Positions 1-7,991 of a DNA stretch of 18,657 nucleotides are shown here, in pieces (within the stretch, counting starts at the first letter, position 1; every line of letters begins with the position of its first letter). The notes beneath the pieces were generated by a model. That model did no database searches and had not been told where the DNA came from. It saw only the letters and a list, made by a program, of their open reading frames with translations. This DNA comes from Armatimonadota bacterium (lineage in GTDB: Bacteria; Armatimonadota; Armatimonadia; Armatimonadales; Armatimonadaceae): contig JAYUUO010000019.1 of assembly GCA_043754515.1 (NCBI GenBank), positions 1 to 18,657 on the forward strand. The letters are read 5' to 3'. Made by a program: the position numbers and the translations under genes.

Positions 1-97
1 GCTCCTCGATTTCAAAGAGGGTCCGGGGATTTTCGCCGGTTGTGTCGAGAAGTTGCTTGAAGCGGTCTTGAAGGCGTTGTTTAGTTTCTTCGGTCAT
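1..97 (-). CDS. 5' part of a probable ISKra4-family transposase (runs off the window)
   Basis: Minus-strand reading from ATG at 97 gives MTEETKQRLQDRFKQLLDTTGENPRTLFEIEE, open to base 1. It resembles the recalled N-terminus of ISKra4-type transposases (MT.E...RLQ...TL..IEE). A CATAAT -10 box lies 6 nt upstream. Not in the supplied ORF track. Confidence 0.5.
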   Translation of the reverse strand, partial: MTEETKQRLQDRFKQLLDTTGENPRTLFEIEE

Positions 98-103
98 GAC
101 CTT

Positions 104-109
104 ATTATG
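104..109 (-). promoter_or_regulatory. -10 box for a leaderless transcript of the transposase-like ORF
   Basis: Minus strand reads CATAAT-aaggtc-ATG. Confidence 0.5.
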
Positions 110-158
110 ACCAAAGGCGAGCACTCAAACTAAATCCTTTCCTCACCACTTTCATGAA

Positions 159-177
159 TTGCACCCATCTGGTGCAA
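159..177. promoter_or_regulatory. Inverted repeat, candidate operator of the sugar operon
   Basis: Perfect TTGCACC-N5-GGTGCAA. ATTGCAC.CAT occurs at both 158-168 and 181-191. It lies just upstream of the operon -35 box and overlaps the putative IS end. Confidence 0.35.
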
Positions 178-213
178 AAGATTGCACACATTGTAAAAAT
201 CCTAAAGAATACC

Positions 214-242
214 TTGACAACATGACTATTTTTCGTTATACA
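214..242 (+). promoter_or_regulatory. Sigma70-type promoter of the sugar operon
   Basis: TTGACA (214-219), 17-bp spacer, TATACA (237-242) in an AT-rich tract. The -10 box is imperfect. Confidence 0.6.
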
Positions 243-297
243 TTAGGGGATTTCATGCCATCGCAAAGTGCTACGACACACAGGAAACCCATCAACG

Positions 298-999
298 ATG
301 AAACGCTCACAAATCAATGCCATTATGCGCGACGCCTTAACTTTTCTATCGGCGAATCGCTTTTATCTACCACCGTTCGCGCACTGGACGCCGACCGATT
401 GGCAGGGTAAAGGCGTGGAATGCATCGACATCGTGTCGCAACAACTCGGTTGGGACATCACCGACTTCGGGAGCGGCGACTACGAGCGGTGCGGCTTGTT
501 TTTATTTACGATTCGCAACGGAACCATGGCTGACCTTGCGCTACCGGGCGGCAAGGTATACGGGGAAAAGGTTCTAGTGGTCGGCGACAACCAGATAACG
601 CCAACGCATTACCATTACCAAAAAATGGAAGATATTATCAACCGGGGCGGCGGCAAGCTGGTGCTAAGGCTTTGGAATAGCACCGAGAGCGGTGACGCGC
701 TCGCGCAAACCCCGGTTACGGTCGCCGTAGACGGTGTGCAAGTCACGCTTGGGGCGGGCGATGAACTTGTGCTTGCGCCGGGAGAATCGGTTTGTTTGCC
801 GCAACGGTTGTGGCACACGTTCTGGGCGCGGCGCGGCACGGTGCTGGTCGGCGAAGTCAGCCGGGTCAACGACGATCAGACCGATAACCGCTTCTTGGAT
901 CCGGTCGGACGCTTCCCCAAAATTGTCGAGGACGAACCGCCGCTCCATCTTCTCTACAACGATTACGCCCGGTTTTATTTGTTTGCCGCGTCCCGATAA
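298..999 (+). CDS. D-lyxose/D-mannose family sugar isomerase (cupin)
   Basis: Family-typical N-terminus MKRSQIN...LPPFAHWTP, then LGWDITDFGSG, LFTIRNG, metal motif TPTHYH..KMEDIINRGGG, H.FW and GEVS.VNDD.TDN.F. The start is placed at ATG 298 rather than at 268. Confidence 0.93.
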   Translation: MKRSQINAIMRDALTFLSANRFYLPPFAHWTPTDWQGKGVECIDIVSQQLGWDITDFGSGDYERCGLFLFTIRNGTMADLALPGGKVYGEKVLVVGDNQITPTHYHYQKMEDIINRGGGKLVLRLWNSTESGDALAQTPVTVAVDGVQVTLGAGDELVLAPGESVCLPQRLWHTFWARRGTVLVGEVSRVNDDQTDNRFLDPVGRFPKIVEDEPPLHLLYNDYARFYLFAASR

Positions 1000-1022
1000 A
1001 CGAACCCTGAAAGGAAATAGAC

Positions 1023-2687
1023 ATGATTTCGCTTGACAAAGATGGGTACTTTCGGCGCGACGCGGGCGTTTTCGTGCCGTTTGGCGTGAACTACTGGCCC
1101 GGTTCGACCGGCACGGCATTGTGGCGCGAATGGCCCGCCGAAGAAATACAGCGCGACCTTGACACCGTGGTTCGCCTCGGCATGAACACGGTGCGCTTTT
1201 TCCTGCTTTGGCAGGATTTTGAACCGGAAATCGGGCAGTATGATCCGGTCTGCTTCGACCGCTTGACAACGTTTGTCGGGTGGTGCGCGGAACGGAACAT
1301 TCTCGCGCACCCAGCCGTTTTTGTCGGGTGGATGAGTGCTTCAACATTCTTTCCCGCGTGGAAAGAGGGGCGCAATTTGTACACCGACCCCGTTGTGCGC
1401 GAGCGGTCGGTGCTGTTCGCGTCCCGCGTCGCGGAGGTTCTGTCGCCCCAACAATCACACCTGCTTGCCATAGACATCGGCAACGAAATCGGTTGCATTG
1501 GCGACAGTCACAGAGCCGCTTCATCTGCCGTTGCCGAATGGTGTGCAGATATTTGCGCCGTATTGAAGGCGGCGTGTCCCGATACGCTGGTCATATCGGG
1601 ACTGGACAGTACGCCGATACACACGAATACCGGCTGGCGTTTAACCGATCAGCCGGGGTGTGACTTATATTCCGCACACGGCTATCCGGTTCCCAATTGG
1701 AATGTGGTGCGCTTTGACGGCATGAGCGACCCGCTCGCTCAAGCGATTTTGCCTGCCTATGCCCGGATATTGCGAGCCTACGGTCCGACGTTCGCGCAAG
1801 AGTTCGGCACTATCGCTACCGGCAGTGTGGTGCAACAGGAAACCTATCTGCGCGGTCTGCTTCCGGCGTTGTGGGATGCGGGCGCGAACGGCTTTTTGTG
1901 GTGGTGCTTGAAAGATATGTCCGAAACCGCCCCGCCCTACGACCTCGTTCCGTTCGAGTGTCGTCTAGGTTTAGTGAACGACGATGGCGAGGTCAAGCCG
2001 GGTCTCGGTTACCTACTTGAGTTTGGACATAGCCTTACGACTCGTCCTCCGGCATCGCCGTCTGGCAAACCGATGATTGGAATCTATATCCCAAATGACT
2101 ACTATGGTAGTAAAAGTAAACCGGCTGTACTCGCGCCCCGGTTTATTATCGCGGATTACCTTCTTCGGCGTGCGGGCTACGATACCCGTTTTGTGCGGGG
2201 TGATTCCCCGATGCAGAACCATCTCGCTTCGGTGGATGCCTTACTTGTCGTCGGGGCATCTTTGCCGCCTGTCGAAGTGGCGTATCTTGCTGAATGGGTA
2301 CAAACCGGTGGAAAACTTTTATGGCACGGCATTGAGGCAACCCGTTGGGGACCGACGGTTTCGCGCCTTATCGGGGCAGACATGGCAGACCTTCGCACCG
2401 GACGCTCGTTATTGGCTGACGTTTTCGGAGAGAATTGGGAGTTCACCGCGTGGCACGATGGGACATGGGTTGTTCCCGAAGCGACGACCGCGACGGTCTT
2501 AGCACACGATAGCGAGCAAGGAACCCCGCTCGTTTTGCACAATCGGCTGGGGTGCGGTTCCGTTGTTTGCACGATGCCGCTTATCGAGGATGGTATTCTC
2601 GCTATCGCGGAAAACCGGGCGGCACGTGACCGATGGGCGCAATGGTACGACGGGGTATTGCGCGTGGCTCTCGCACCTACTGCTTAA
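1023..2687 (+). CDS. Clan GH-A glycoside hydrolase (GH5-like, probable beta-mannosidase) with C-terminal GH42-like trimerisation domain
   Basis: GVNYWP, MNTVRFFLLWQDFEP, acid/base motif DIGNE, HGYP, nucleophile motif QEFG, WWC and E..LGL. The C-terminal part has LAEWVQTGGKLL and LG.GSVV. SD GAAAGGA upstream; no signal peptide seen. Confidence 0.82.
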   Translation: MISLDKDGYFRRDAGVFVPFGVNYWPGSTGTALWREWPAEEIQRDLDTVVRLGMNTVRFFLLWQDFEPEIGQYDPVCFDRLTTFVGWCAERNILAHPAVFVGWMSASTFFPAWKEGRNLYTDPVVRERSVLFASRVAEVLSPQQSHLLAIDIGNEIGCIGDSHRAASSAVAEWCADICAVLKAACPDTLVISGLDSTPIHTNTGWRLTDQPGCDLYSAHGYPVPNWNVVRFDGMSDPLAQAILPAYARILRAYGPTFAQEFGTIATGSVVQQETYLRGLLPALWDAGANGFLWWCLKDMSETAPPYDLVPFECRLGLVNDDGEVKPGLGYLLEFGHSLTTRPPASPSGKPMIGIYIPNDYYGSKSKPAVLAPRFIIADYLLRRAGYDTRFVRGDSPMQNHLASVDALLVVGASLPPVEVAYLAEWVQTGGKLLWHGIEATRWGPTVSRLIGADMADLRTGRSLLADVFGENWEFTAWHDGTWVVPEATTATVLAHDSEQGTPLVLHNRLGCGSVVCTMPLIEDGILAIAENRAARDRWAQWYDGVLRVALAPTA

Positions 2688-2703
2688 CAGAGAAAAACGG
2701 TTT

Positions 2704-3747
2704 ATGGCTATCATCACACAAAAAAGCGCGGTTTCCGCGGTTTATGCCGACGCCGCTCGCCGGGGCTGGGTGCTGCCTGCGTTCGGCACGGAAAACTCGA
2801 CCACCACGGAAGCGATTCTGGCGGGAACCGCGATGCACGCCGCCACCCTCGGCGAGCCGGAGTTGCCGGTGATTCTGGCAATCACCAACCTGTACGATGA
2901 GCGGCAACAAAGCGTCAACTATACTCACACTGGGCGTTGGGATGTCGGCATGAAACGCTTTTTGACCGACGTGCAAATCTTAGCTGGGGAGCCGGATAGC
3001 CCGTTCGCCAATTTGCGCGTCATGATTCATCTCGATCATATACGTCCTGAGGTAGACGCAGAACTGCTGGCGTGGGACATGGGCGCGTTTTCGTCTATTT
3101 TGTTTGATGCGTCCGCGTTCGCGCCGGAAGAAAATATCCGTCTGACACGGGCGTTTGTAAAGGCGCAAGGTGAAAACGTGCTGATTGAAGGTGCGTTTGA
3201 AGGCATCGTATCCGCCGGAAAATCCGCCACGCCATCTCCAAGCGCGAAGCCGTCACTTGACTCTATCGCGGATGCGGCGCAGGCGTATGTGCAGGAAACC
3301 GACGTTGACCTCGTGGTCGCCGACCTCGGCACCGAACACCGTGCCGGAGCCGCGCAACTGTTTTACCGGCAGGACACGGCGCGGGCTATCGCGGAGAGAA
3401 TCGGAGCGCGGCTCGTGCTACATGGCACGTCGTCCGTGCCGGAAGAAAGCCTCGGCGGCTTGTTCGCCGACGGCATCAGCAAGGTGAACCTGTGGACGGC
3501 GCTGGAGCGCGACAGTTCGGTACTGCTTTTCGCCGACATGGTACGAAACGCTGCAAGGGTGGTTGGGGCGAAAGAAGCAACGCGCTTATTTGAGCAAGGG
3601 CTTCTCGGCGCGGCGGCGGATCGCGTGAGCCGTCCCGATCTCGCTTTTTTCACCACGGCGTACCGTCAGTCGCACGTTTTCGAGGCGATGCGCGATCTGG
3701 TAACGCGCTATCTCGTTCGCTGGTACACACCGCGAAAGGATGCTTGA
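2704..3747 (+). CDS. Class II (metal-dependent) ketose-phosphate aldolase, divergent
   Basis: HLDH, FDAS, EENIRLT, DLGTEH, LVLHGTS and KVN motifs of the fructose/tagatose-bisphosphate aldolase II fold. ATG 2704 follows the upstream stop codon. Confidence 0.85.
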   Translation: MAIITQKSAVSAVYADAARRGWVLPAFGTENSTTTEAILAGTAMHAATLGEPELPVILAITNLYDERQQSVNYTHTGRWDVGMKRFLTDVQILAGEPDSPFANLRVMIHLDHIRPEVDAELLAWDMGAFSSILFDASAFAPEENIRLTRAFVKAQGENVLIEGAFEGIVSAGKSATPSPSAKPSLDSIADAAQAYVQETDVDLVVADLGTEHRAGAAQLFYRQDTARAIAERIGARLVLHGTSSVPEESLGGLFADGISKVNLWTALERDSSVLLFADMVRNAARVVGAKEATRLFEQGLLGAAADRVSRPDLAFFTTAYRQSHVFEAMRDLVTRYLVRWYTPRKDA

Positions 3748-3755
3748 AGTCGCGC

Positions 3756-5261
3756 ATGAGTTACCTCGGCTTAGACATCGGAACCACCGGTTGCAAAGCG
3801 TTGGCGTTTGGCGCGGATGGCTCGCCTTATGCGCTTGCGTACCGCGAATATGCCACCCACTTCGGCGCGGACGGCTCCGCCGAACTGGATGTGGCGGTTG
3901 TGGTTAAAAATTGTCGCGCCGTTATCCGCGAAGCCGCCGCCGCGTGTGCAGAAAATGACCCGGTGCAGGCTTTAGCCGTGTCAAGTCAGGGTGAAGCAGT
4001 GACGCCGGTCGGCGCGAACGGCGCGTTTCTCGCGCCTGCTATGATCTCGTCCGATGCTCGCCCCGCCCCGACCGTGATGCGATACGCGAGCGAGGCAGGG
4101 CACTTGTACGACGTGACCGGACACACCGCGCACCCGATGTTTACGCTATTCAAATTTGCCTATCTGCGCGAAGCGTCGCCGGATATGTGGCGTCAAGCCG
4201 CGCACTTTTTCTGCTTTGAAGACTTGCTTCACTACGTTTTAGGTGTCGAGAAGCCGACAATCAGTTGGTCGCTTGCGGGGCGAACGATGCTGTTTGATGT
4301 GCGCCGCCACGAGTGGGATGCCGAACTTTTGCGCGGCGCGGATGTGTCGGGGCGTTTGGCACGTCCCCTGCCGTCCGGAGTTGTGGCGGGCGTGGTGTCG
4401 GACGCGGCGGCGGCGCGGTGCGGCTTGCCAACGGGCGTCAAAGTCGTAACCGGGGGGCATGATCAGGTGTGCGCCGCGCTCGGTTGCGGAGCGGTCGCGC
4501 CGGGAACCGCGACGTACGCGCTTGGCACGGTGGAGTGTTTGACCGCGACGCTGGAGGGGGCCGTTTTCGCCGACGCGATGCGAAGCGGCAACCTTTGCAC
4601 CTACGACCACTGTGTTCCGGGCAGGTACGCGACTATCGCCTACACGCTGACAGGGGGCAATTTGTTTCGCTGGTTCCGCGACGAATGGGGGCAAGTCGAA
4701 GCGGCGCAAGCGGAGCGCGACGGCGAGAACGTTTTCGACAAACTGTTCGCACTGATGCCGCCCACGCCGACCACGCTCATTGCCCTGCCGTACTTCACGC
4801 CGACCGGAACCCCGTTTTTCGATGTCGAGGCGACTGGCGCGATTCTCGGATTACGCCTGTCCACCAAGCGAGGCGAGGTGTTGCGGGCGTTGTTGGAAGG
4901 ATTAGCGTTCGAGATGCGCCGCAACCTGACGATTCTGGAGGGCGCGGGGATTTCAGTGGAAGAACTGCGCGTCACCGGGGGCGGCTCCCTTCACCGCGAC
5001 GTGCTACAAATCCGCGCCGATGTGCTGGGGCGCGATGTTGTACGTGTCGAAACCGCGCAAGCCGGATGCCTCGGCGCGGCACTGCTCGCCTGCGCCGCGC
5101 ACACGCGAACCCCGGTGGAATTGCTCGCGGCGCAGTGGGTGAGAACCGGCGAGCGCGTTTCGCCCAACCCGCAAAACGCCGCTTTTTATAGCGACCGCTT
5201 CGCCGCGTACCTCAAACTGTACCCCGCCCTGCGCGACCTTGCCCCAAGTCGGGCGTTATAA
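3756..5261 (+). CDS. FGGY-family carbohydrate kinase (xylulokinase-like)
   Basis: YLGLDIGTTGCKA, SSQGE, GGHDQ, LPYF..TGTP, LEGLAFE, TGGGS and LGAALLA. An alternative TTG start at 3744 overlaps the aldolase stop. Confidence 0.92.
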   Translation: MSYLGLDIGTTGCKALAFGADGSPYALAYREYATHFGADGSAELDVAVVVKNCRAVIREAAAACAENDPVQALAVSSQGEAVTPVGANGAFLAPAMISSDARPAPTVMRYASEAGHLYDVTGHTAHPMFTLFKFAYLREASPDMWRQAAHFFCFEDLLHYVLGVEKPTISWSLAGRTMLFDVRRHEWDAELLRGADVSGRLARPLPSGVVAGVVSDAAAARCGLPTGVKVVTGGHDQVCAALGCGAVAPGTATYALGTVECLTATLEGAVFADAMRSGNLCTYDHCVPGRYATIAYTLTGGNLFRWFRDEWGQVEAAQAERDGENVFDKLFALMPPTPTTLIALPYFTPTGTPFFDVEATGAILGLRLSTKRGEVLRALLEGLAFEMRRNLTILEGAGISVEELRVTGGGSLHRDVLQIRADVLGRDVVRVETAQAGCLGAALLACAAHTRTPVELLAAQWVRTGERVSPNPQNAAFYSDRFAAYLKLYPALRDLAPSRAL

Positions 5262-5278
5262 AGAAAGCCGATATACCT

Positions 5279-7801
5279 ATGATTCCTGATCACACATTGC
5301 CGCTAAATGGCCAATGGCAACTCGCCCACTCCGAGGACTTTCCCGACGACATCGTTGCCGTCTCCGATCAGTCCCGCGAGTTCTACCCGGCGCACGTGCC
5401 GGTTGGAGCGCATACCGCATTGCTTGCGGCGGGCGTGATCGCCGACCCCAGAAACGGCATGAACTCGCTATCGGCTCGCTGGGTGGAGGAACAGCACTGG
5501 GTGTACCGACGCACATTTGCCACGCCGCCGACCCTTGCCCCCGGCACGCCCGCCGCTATCGCTTTCACGATTTTGGAAGGATGCGCCGATGTTTTCGTGA
5601 ATGGCAACCTTGTCGGGCGGCACGAAAACGCGCACCGCCCCGCCTACTTCGCCGTGACTAAACACCTTGCCGCGCCGGGAGAAACGAACACCGTGATTGT
5701 GCGGATCGAAGCCGGTCTGCACGCGACGCGCGACAAACCGCCGTACCCGAATATGGGCCCCGGACAACTGACCAACCGCTCATGGCTTCGCAAAATGCAG
5801 CACCAGTGTGGTTGGGACTCGCAGGTGCGCCTACAAAACGTCGGCATTTTGGGGGATGTGACGCTCGAATGGCGTCCAGGCGGGGTGCGTGTGGAAACGG
5901 TTTCCGTGTTTGCGGTGGCGAGCGACGACCTGACCCGCGCCACGGTTCACGCCCGCGTTTATGCCGAAAACAGTACGGAGGACGCCGTTCCCGGCACGGT
6001 GCGCCTCCGTATCGTCGAAACGGGGCAAAGTGTCGAAGTTACGGCGACCTTCGCACCCGGCAAAAGCGAAACCGAAGCAACCATTACGTTGGATACGCCG
6101 CGCCTGTGGTGTCCGGTCGGACACGGCGAGCCGTTCCGATACAGCGCGACGTGTGACGTATCGGTGAACGGCGACACGGAGGCGTTCGAGCGCCGGTTTG
6201 GTGTTCGCAAAGTTGCCTTTGACCAAACGCCGCACCCGCAGGGCGGACGCTATTTTACGCTCACCATCAACAACCGACCAATTTTCGCCAAAGGAGCCAA
6301 CTGGATTCCCGGCGATATGCTGTACGCCGAGATGACCCCGGAGCGGTTCCGCGCTTTTGGGCAACAAGCCCTTGATGCCCACTTCAACATTTTGCGAATC
6401 TGGGGCGGCGGGCTGTACGCTGACGCCGCGTTGCTCGACTTTTGCGACGAAACCGGGCTACTCGTTTGGCACGATTTCGCGTTCGCGTGCGCCAACTATC
6501 CGGGCGACGTGCGAGCGTTCGTGCAGGAAGTGCGCCTCGAAGCCGCGCACGTCGTGCGGGAACGGGCGCATCATCCATGCCTCGTGGTCTGGTGCGGCAA
6601 CAATGAGGTAGAAATGTTCGACGGCGGCAACGGCTGGACTAAGACCGGTCCTATACACTCGCATTACGCCCTGTTTCATCGTGATTTACCACGAATCGTG
6701 CAACGTGATGCCCCGCACACGTTCCACTGGACAAGTTCGCCGTTTTCGCCCGATTTGCTTGCGCCTAACGACCCCACAGCGGGCGATCAGCACCAATGGG
6801 GACAAGGCTTCGATCAGGACGGCTGGCGGTTTCGCACACTCACCGACCGGTTCGCCTCTGAAGGTGGGTTCTTCGGATGCGCCCCGGCGAAAAGTTTGCG
6901 TCAGTTTCTCGCGCCGGGGGATCAGCACGTTTTGTCGCCCGCATGGTATCACCACGACAACACATTCGCGCATTCCGCCGATGTGTGCGGCGAAATTGGA
7001 CGCGCCTACGCGATGATAACACTGTTCACCGGGCGCGACTCAAAGAATATGAGCATGGACGACTTCGCCGCGTTGAGCGGGCTTTTGCAGGGCGAATGCT
7101 ACGGGGAAATGATCTCAAACTATCGCCGCCGGATGTATGACAGTGCCGCTACGATTTTCTGGATGTTCAACGATTCGTGGCCGACGACGAACAGCTGGTC
7201 AACCGTGGACTACTACAACCGGCGCAAACCCGGCTTCTACGCGGTGCGCCGTGCTTTCGCACCAGTGTCGGTGGTGGTGGAGGAGGACGGCGACGGGTAC
7301 GCAGTGGTCGGTGTAAACGACACACTCGCCCCATGGTCAGGTATTCTGCAAGCCGGGATTTTCAGCGCAAGCGGCGCGGTGCGGCGCGACGAACCTGGCT
7401 TTGGCATGGTCACACTCGCGCCGAACAGCCGCACCCAATTGGGTGCCATCGCGCCGCCCACCGGCACGGAGCGCGACGTTCCGGTCGCCGGGTACGCGGT
7501 ACTGTCGGGCGCGGACGGCGCACACGTGGCCGCGCACCGAGTTTGGAACCGGCGTTTCCACGAAATCGGCTTATCTGGGAACCTGACGATTTCCGTGGAG
7601 CACAACGGCGACACGCTGACGCTGACAAGCGACATGTTTGTGTGGGGGTGCTTGCTCGATGTGGACGGCGAGGCTGTTCTTTCCGACAACGGTTTCGACC
7701 TATATCCGGGCATACCCCGCGTCCTCACCGGTTGGCGCGACCAGCAAACCGCTTCGGTGATAACTACCGGCAACCGGCTTGTCGCCGGATGGTCCGCATA
7801 G
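5279..7801 (+). CDS. GH2 beta-mannosidase
   Basis: LRK.Q...GWD, KGANWIP.D, N.LRIWGGG.Y, CDE.GLLVWHDF.FAC, WCGNNE (acid/base), RFASE.G (nucleophile), W.FND.WP..SWS.VDY and SDN.FDL.PG. No signal peptide seen. Confidence 0.92.
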   Translation: MIPDHTLPLNGQWQLAHSEDFPDDIVAVSDQSREFYPAHVPVGAHTALLAAGVIADPRNGMNSLSARWVEEQHWVYRRTFATPPTLAPGTPAAIAFTILEGCADVFVNGNLVGRHENAHRPAYFAVTKHLAAPGETNTVIVRIEAGLHATRDKPPYPNMGPGQLTNRSWLRKMQHQCGWDSQVRLQNVGILGDVTLEWRPGGVRVETVSVFAVASDDLTRATVHARVYAENSTEDAVPGTVRLRIVETGQSVEVTATFAPGKSETEATITLDTPRLWCPVGHGEPFRYSATCDVSVNGDTEAFERRFGVRKVAFDQTPHPQGGRYFTLTINNRPIFAKGANWIPGDMLYAEMTPERFRAFGQQALDAHFNILRIWGGGLYADAALLDFCDETGLLVWHDFAFACANYPGDVRAFVQEVRLEAAHVVRERAHHPCLVVWCGNNEVEMFDGGNGWTKTGPIHSHYALFHRDLPRIVQRDAPHTFHWTSSPFSPDLLAPNDPTAGDQHQWGQGFDQDGWRFRTLTDRFASEGGFFGCAPAKSLRQFLAPGDQHVLSPAWYHHDNTFAHSADVCGEIGRAYAMITLFTGRDSKNMSMDDFAALSGLLQGECYGEMISNYRRRMYDSAATIFWMFNDSWPTTNSWSTVDYYNRRKPGFYAVRRAFAPVSVVVEEDGDGYAVVGVNDTLAPWSGILQAGIFSASGAVRRDEPGFGMVTLAPNSRTQLGAIAPPTGTERDVPVAGYAVLSGADGAHVAAHRVWNRRFHEIGLSGNLTISVEHNGDTLTLTSDMFVWGCLLDVDGEAVLSDNGFDLYPGIPRVLTGWRDQQTASVITTGNRLVAGWSA

Positions 7802-7815
7802 CACCGGACGCGATA

Positions 7816-7858
7816 TGACCACTGTGATTCAAAAAGTTTTCACAGTGGTCACTTTTTT
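7816..7858 (+). terminator. Intrinsic terminator of the sugar operon
   Basis: Perfect 12-bp stem TGACCACTGTGA (7816-7827) / TCACAGTGGTCA (7840-7851), followed by cTTTTTT, 15 nt after the GH2 stop codon. Confidence 0.8.
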
Positions 7859-7860
7859 GC

Positions 7861-7889
7861 TTGACAACGAATCGAAGAGCGTGTATTAT
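7861..7889 (+). promoter_or_regulatory. Sigma70-type promoter of the regulator gene
   Basis: TTGACA (7861-7866), 17-bp spacer, TATTAT (7884-7889). Confidence 0.75.
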
Positions 7890-7991
7890 AAAATCAATTC
7901 ATCTACGAAGCCGTAGAAATCAGTGCCGCAGTGCGAGAAAGTTCTCGAAACGTTTTTCATCACTTGCCCAGACAGAGCCGGATTATGTGTT

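Larger units (their letters stand above)
1..166 (-). mobile_element. Left end of a putative ISKra4-like insertion sequence
   Basis: On the minus strand GGGTGCAATTCATGAAAG begins at 166, about 70 nt before the transposase-like ATG. GGGTGC is a terminus I associate with this family. The other end is outside the window, so IR pairing and target duplication cannot be checked. Confidence 0.35.

Noticed and set aside
664..1524. 286-aa minus-strand ORF, and similar long shadow ORFs (4469-5191, 8532-9317, 11534-12265, 14323-14982)
   Set aside because: They are Arg/Pro/Ala-rich alternative-frame or antisense readings of well-supported genes, as expected in GC-rich DNA, and carry no motifs.
2563..2703. 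N-terminal extension of the aldolase ORF
   Set aside because: It overlaps the GH5-like gene; ATG 2704 fits the family and the operon spacing.
7823..7844. TGTGA...TCACA resembling a CRP site
   Set aside because: The spacer is 12 bp rather than 6, and the arms belong to a longer stem with a T-tail, which fits a terminator better.
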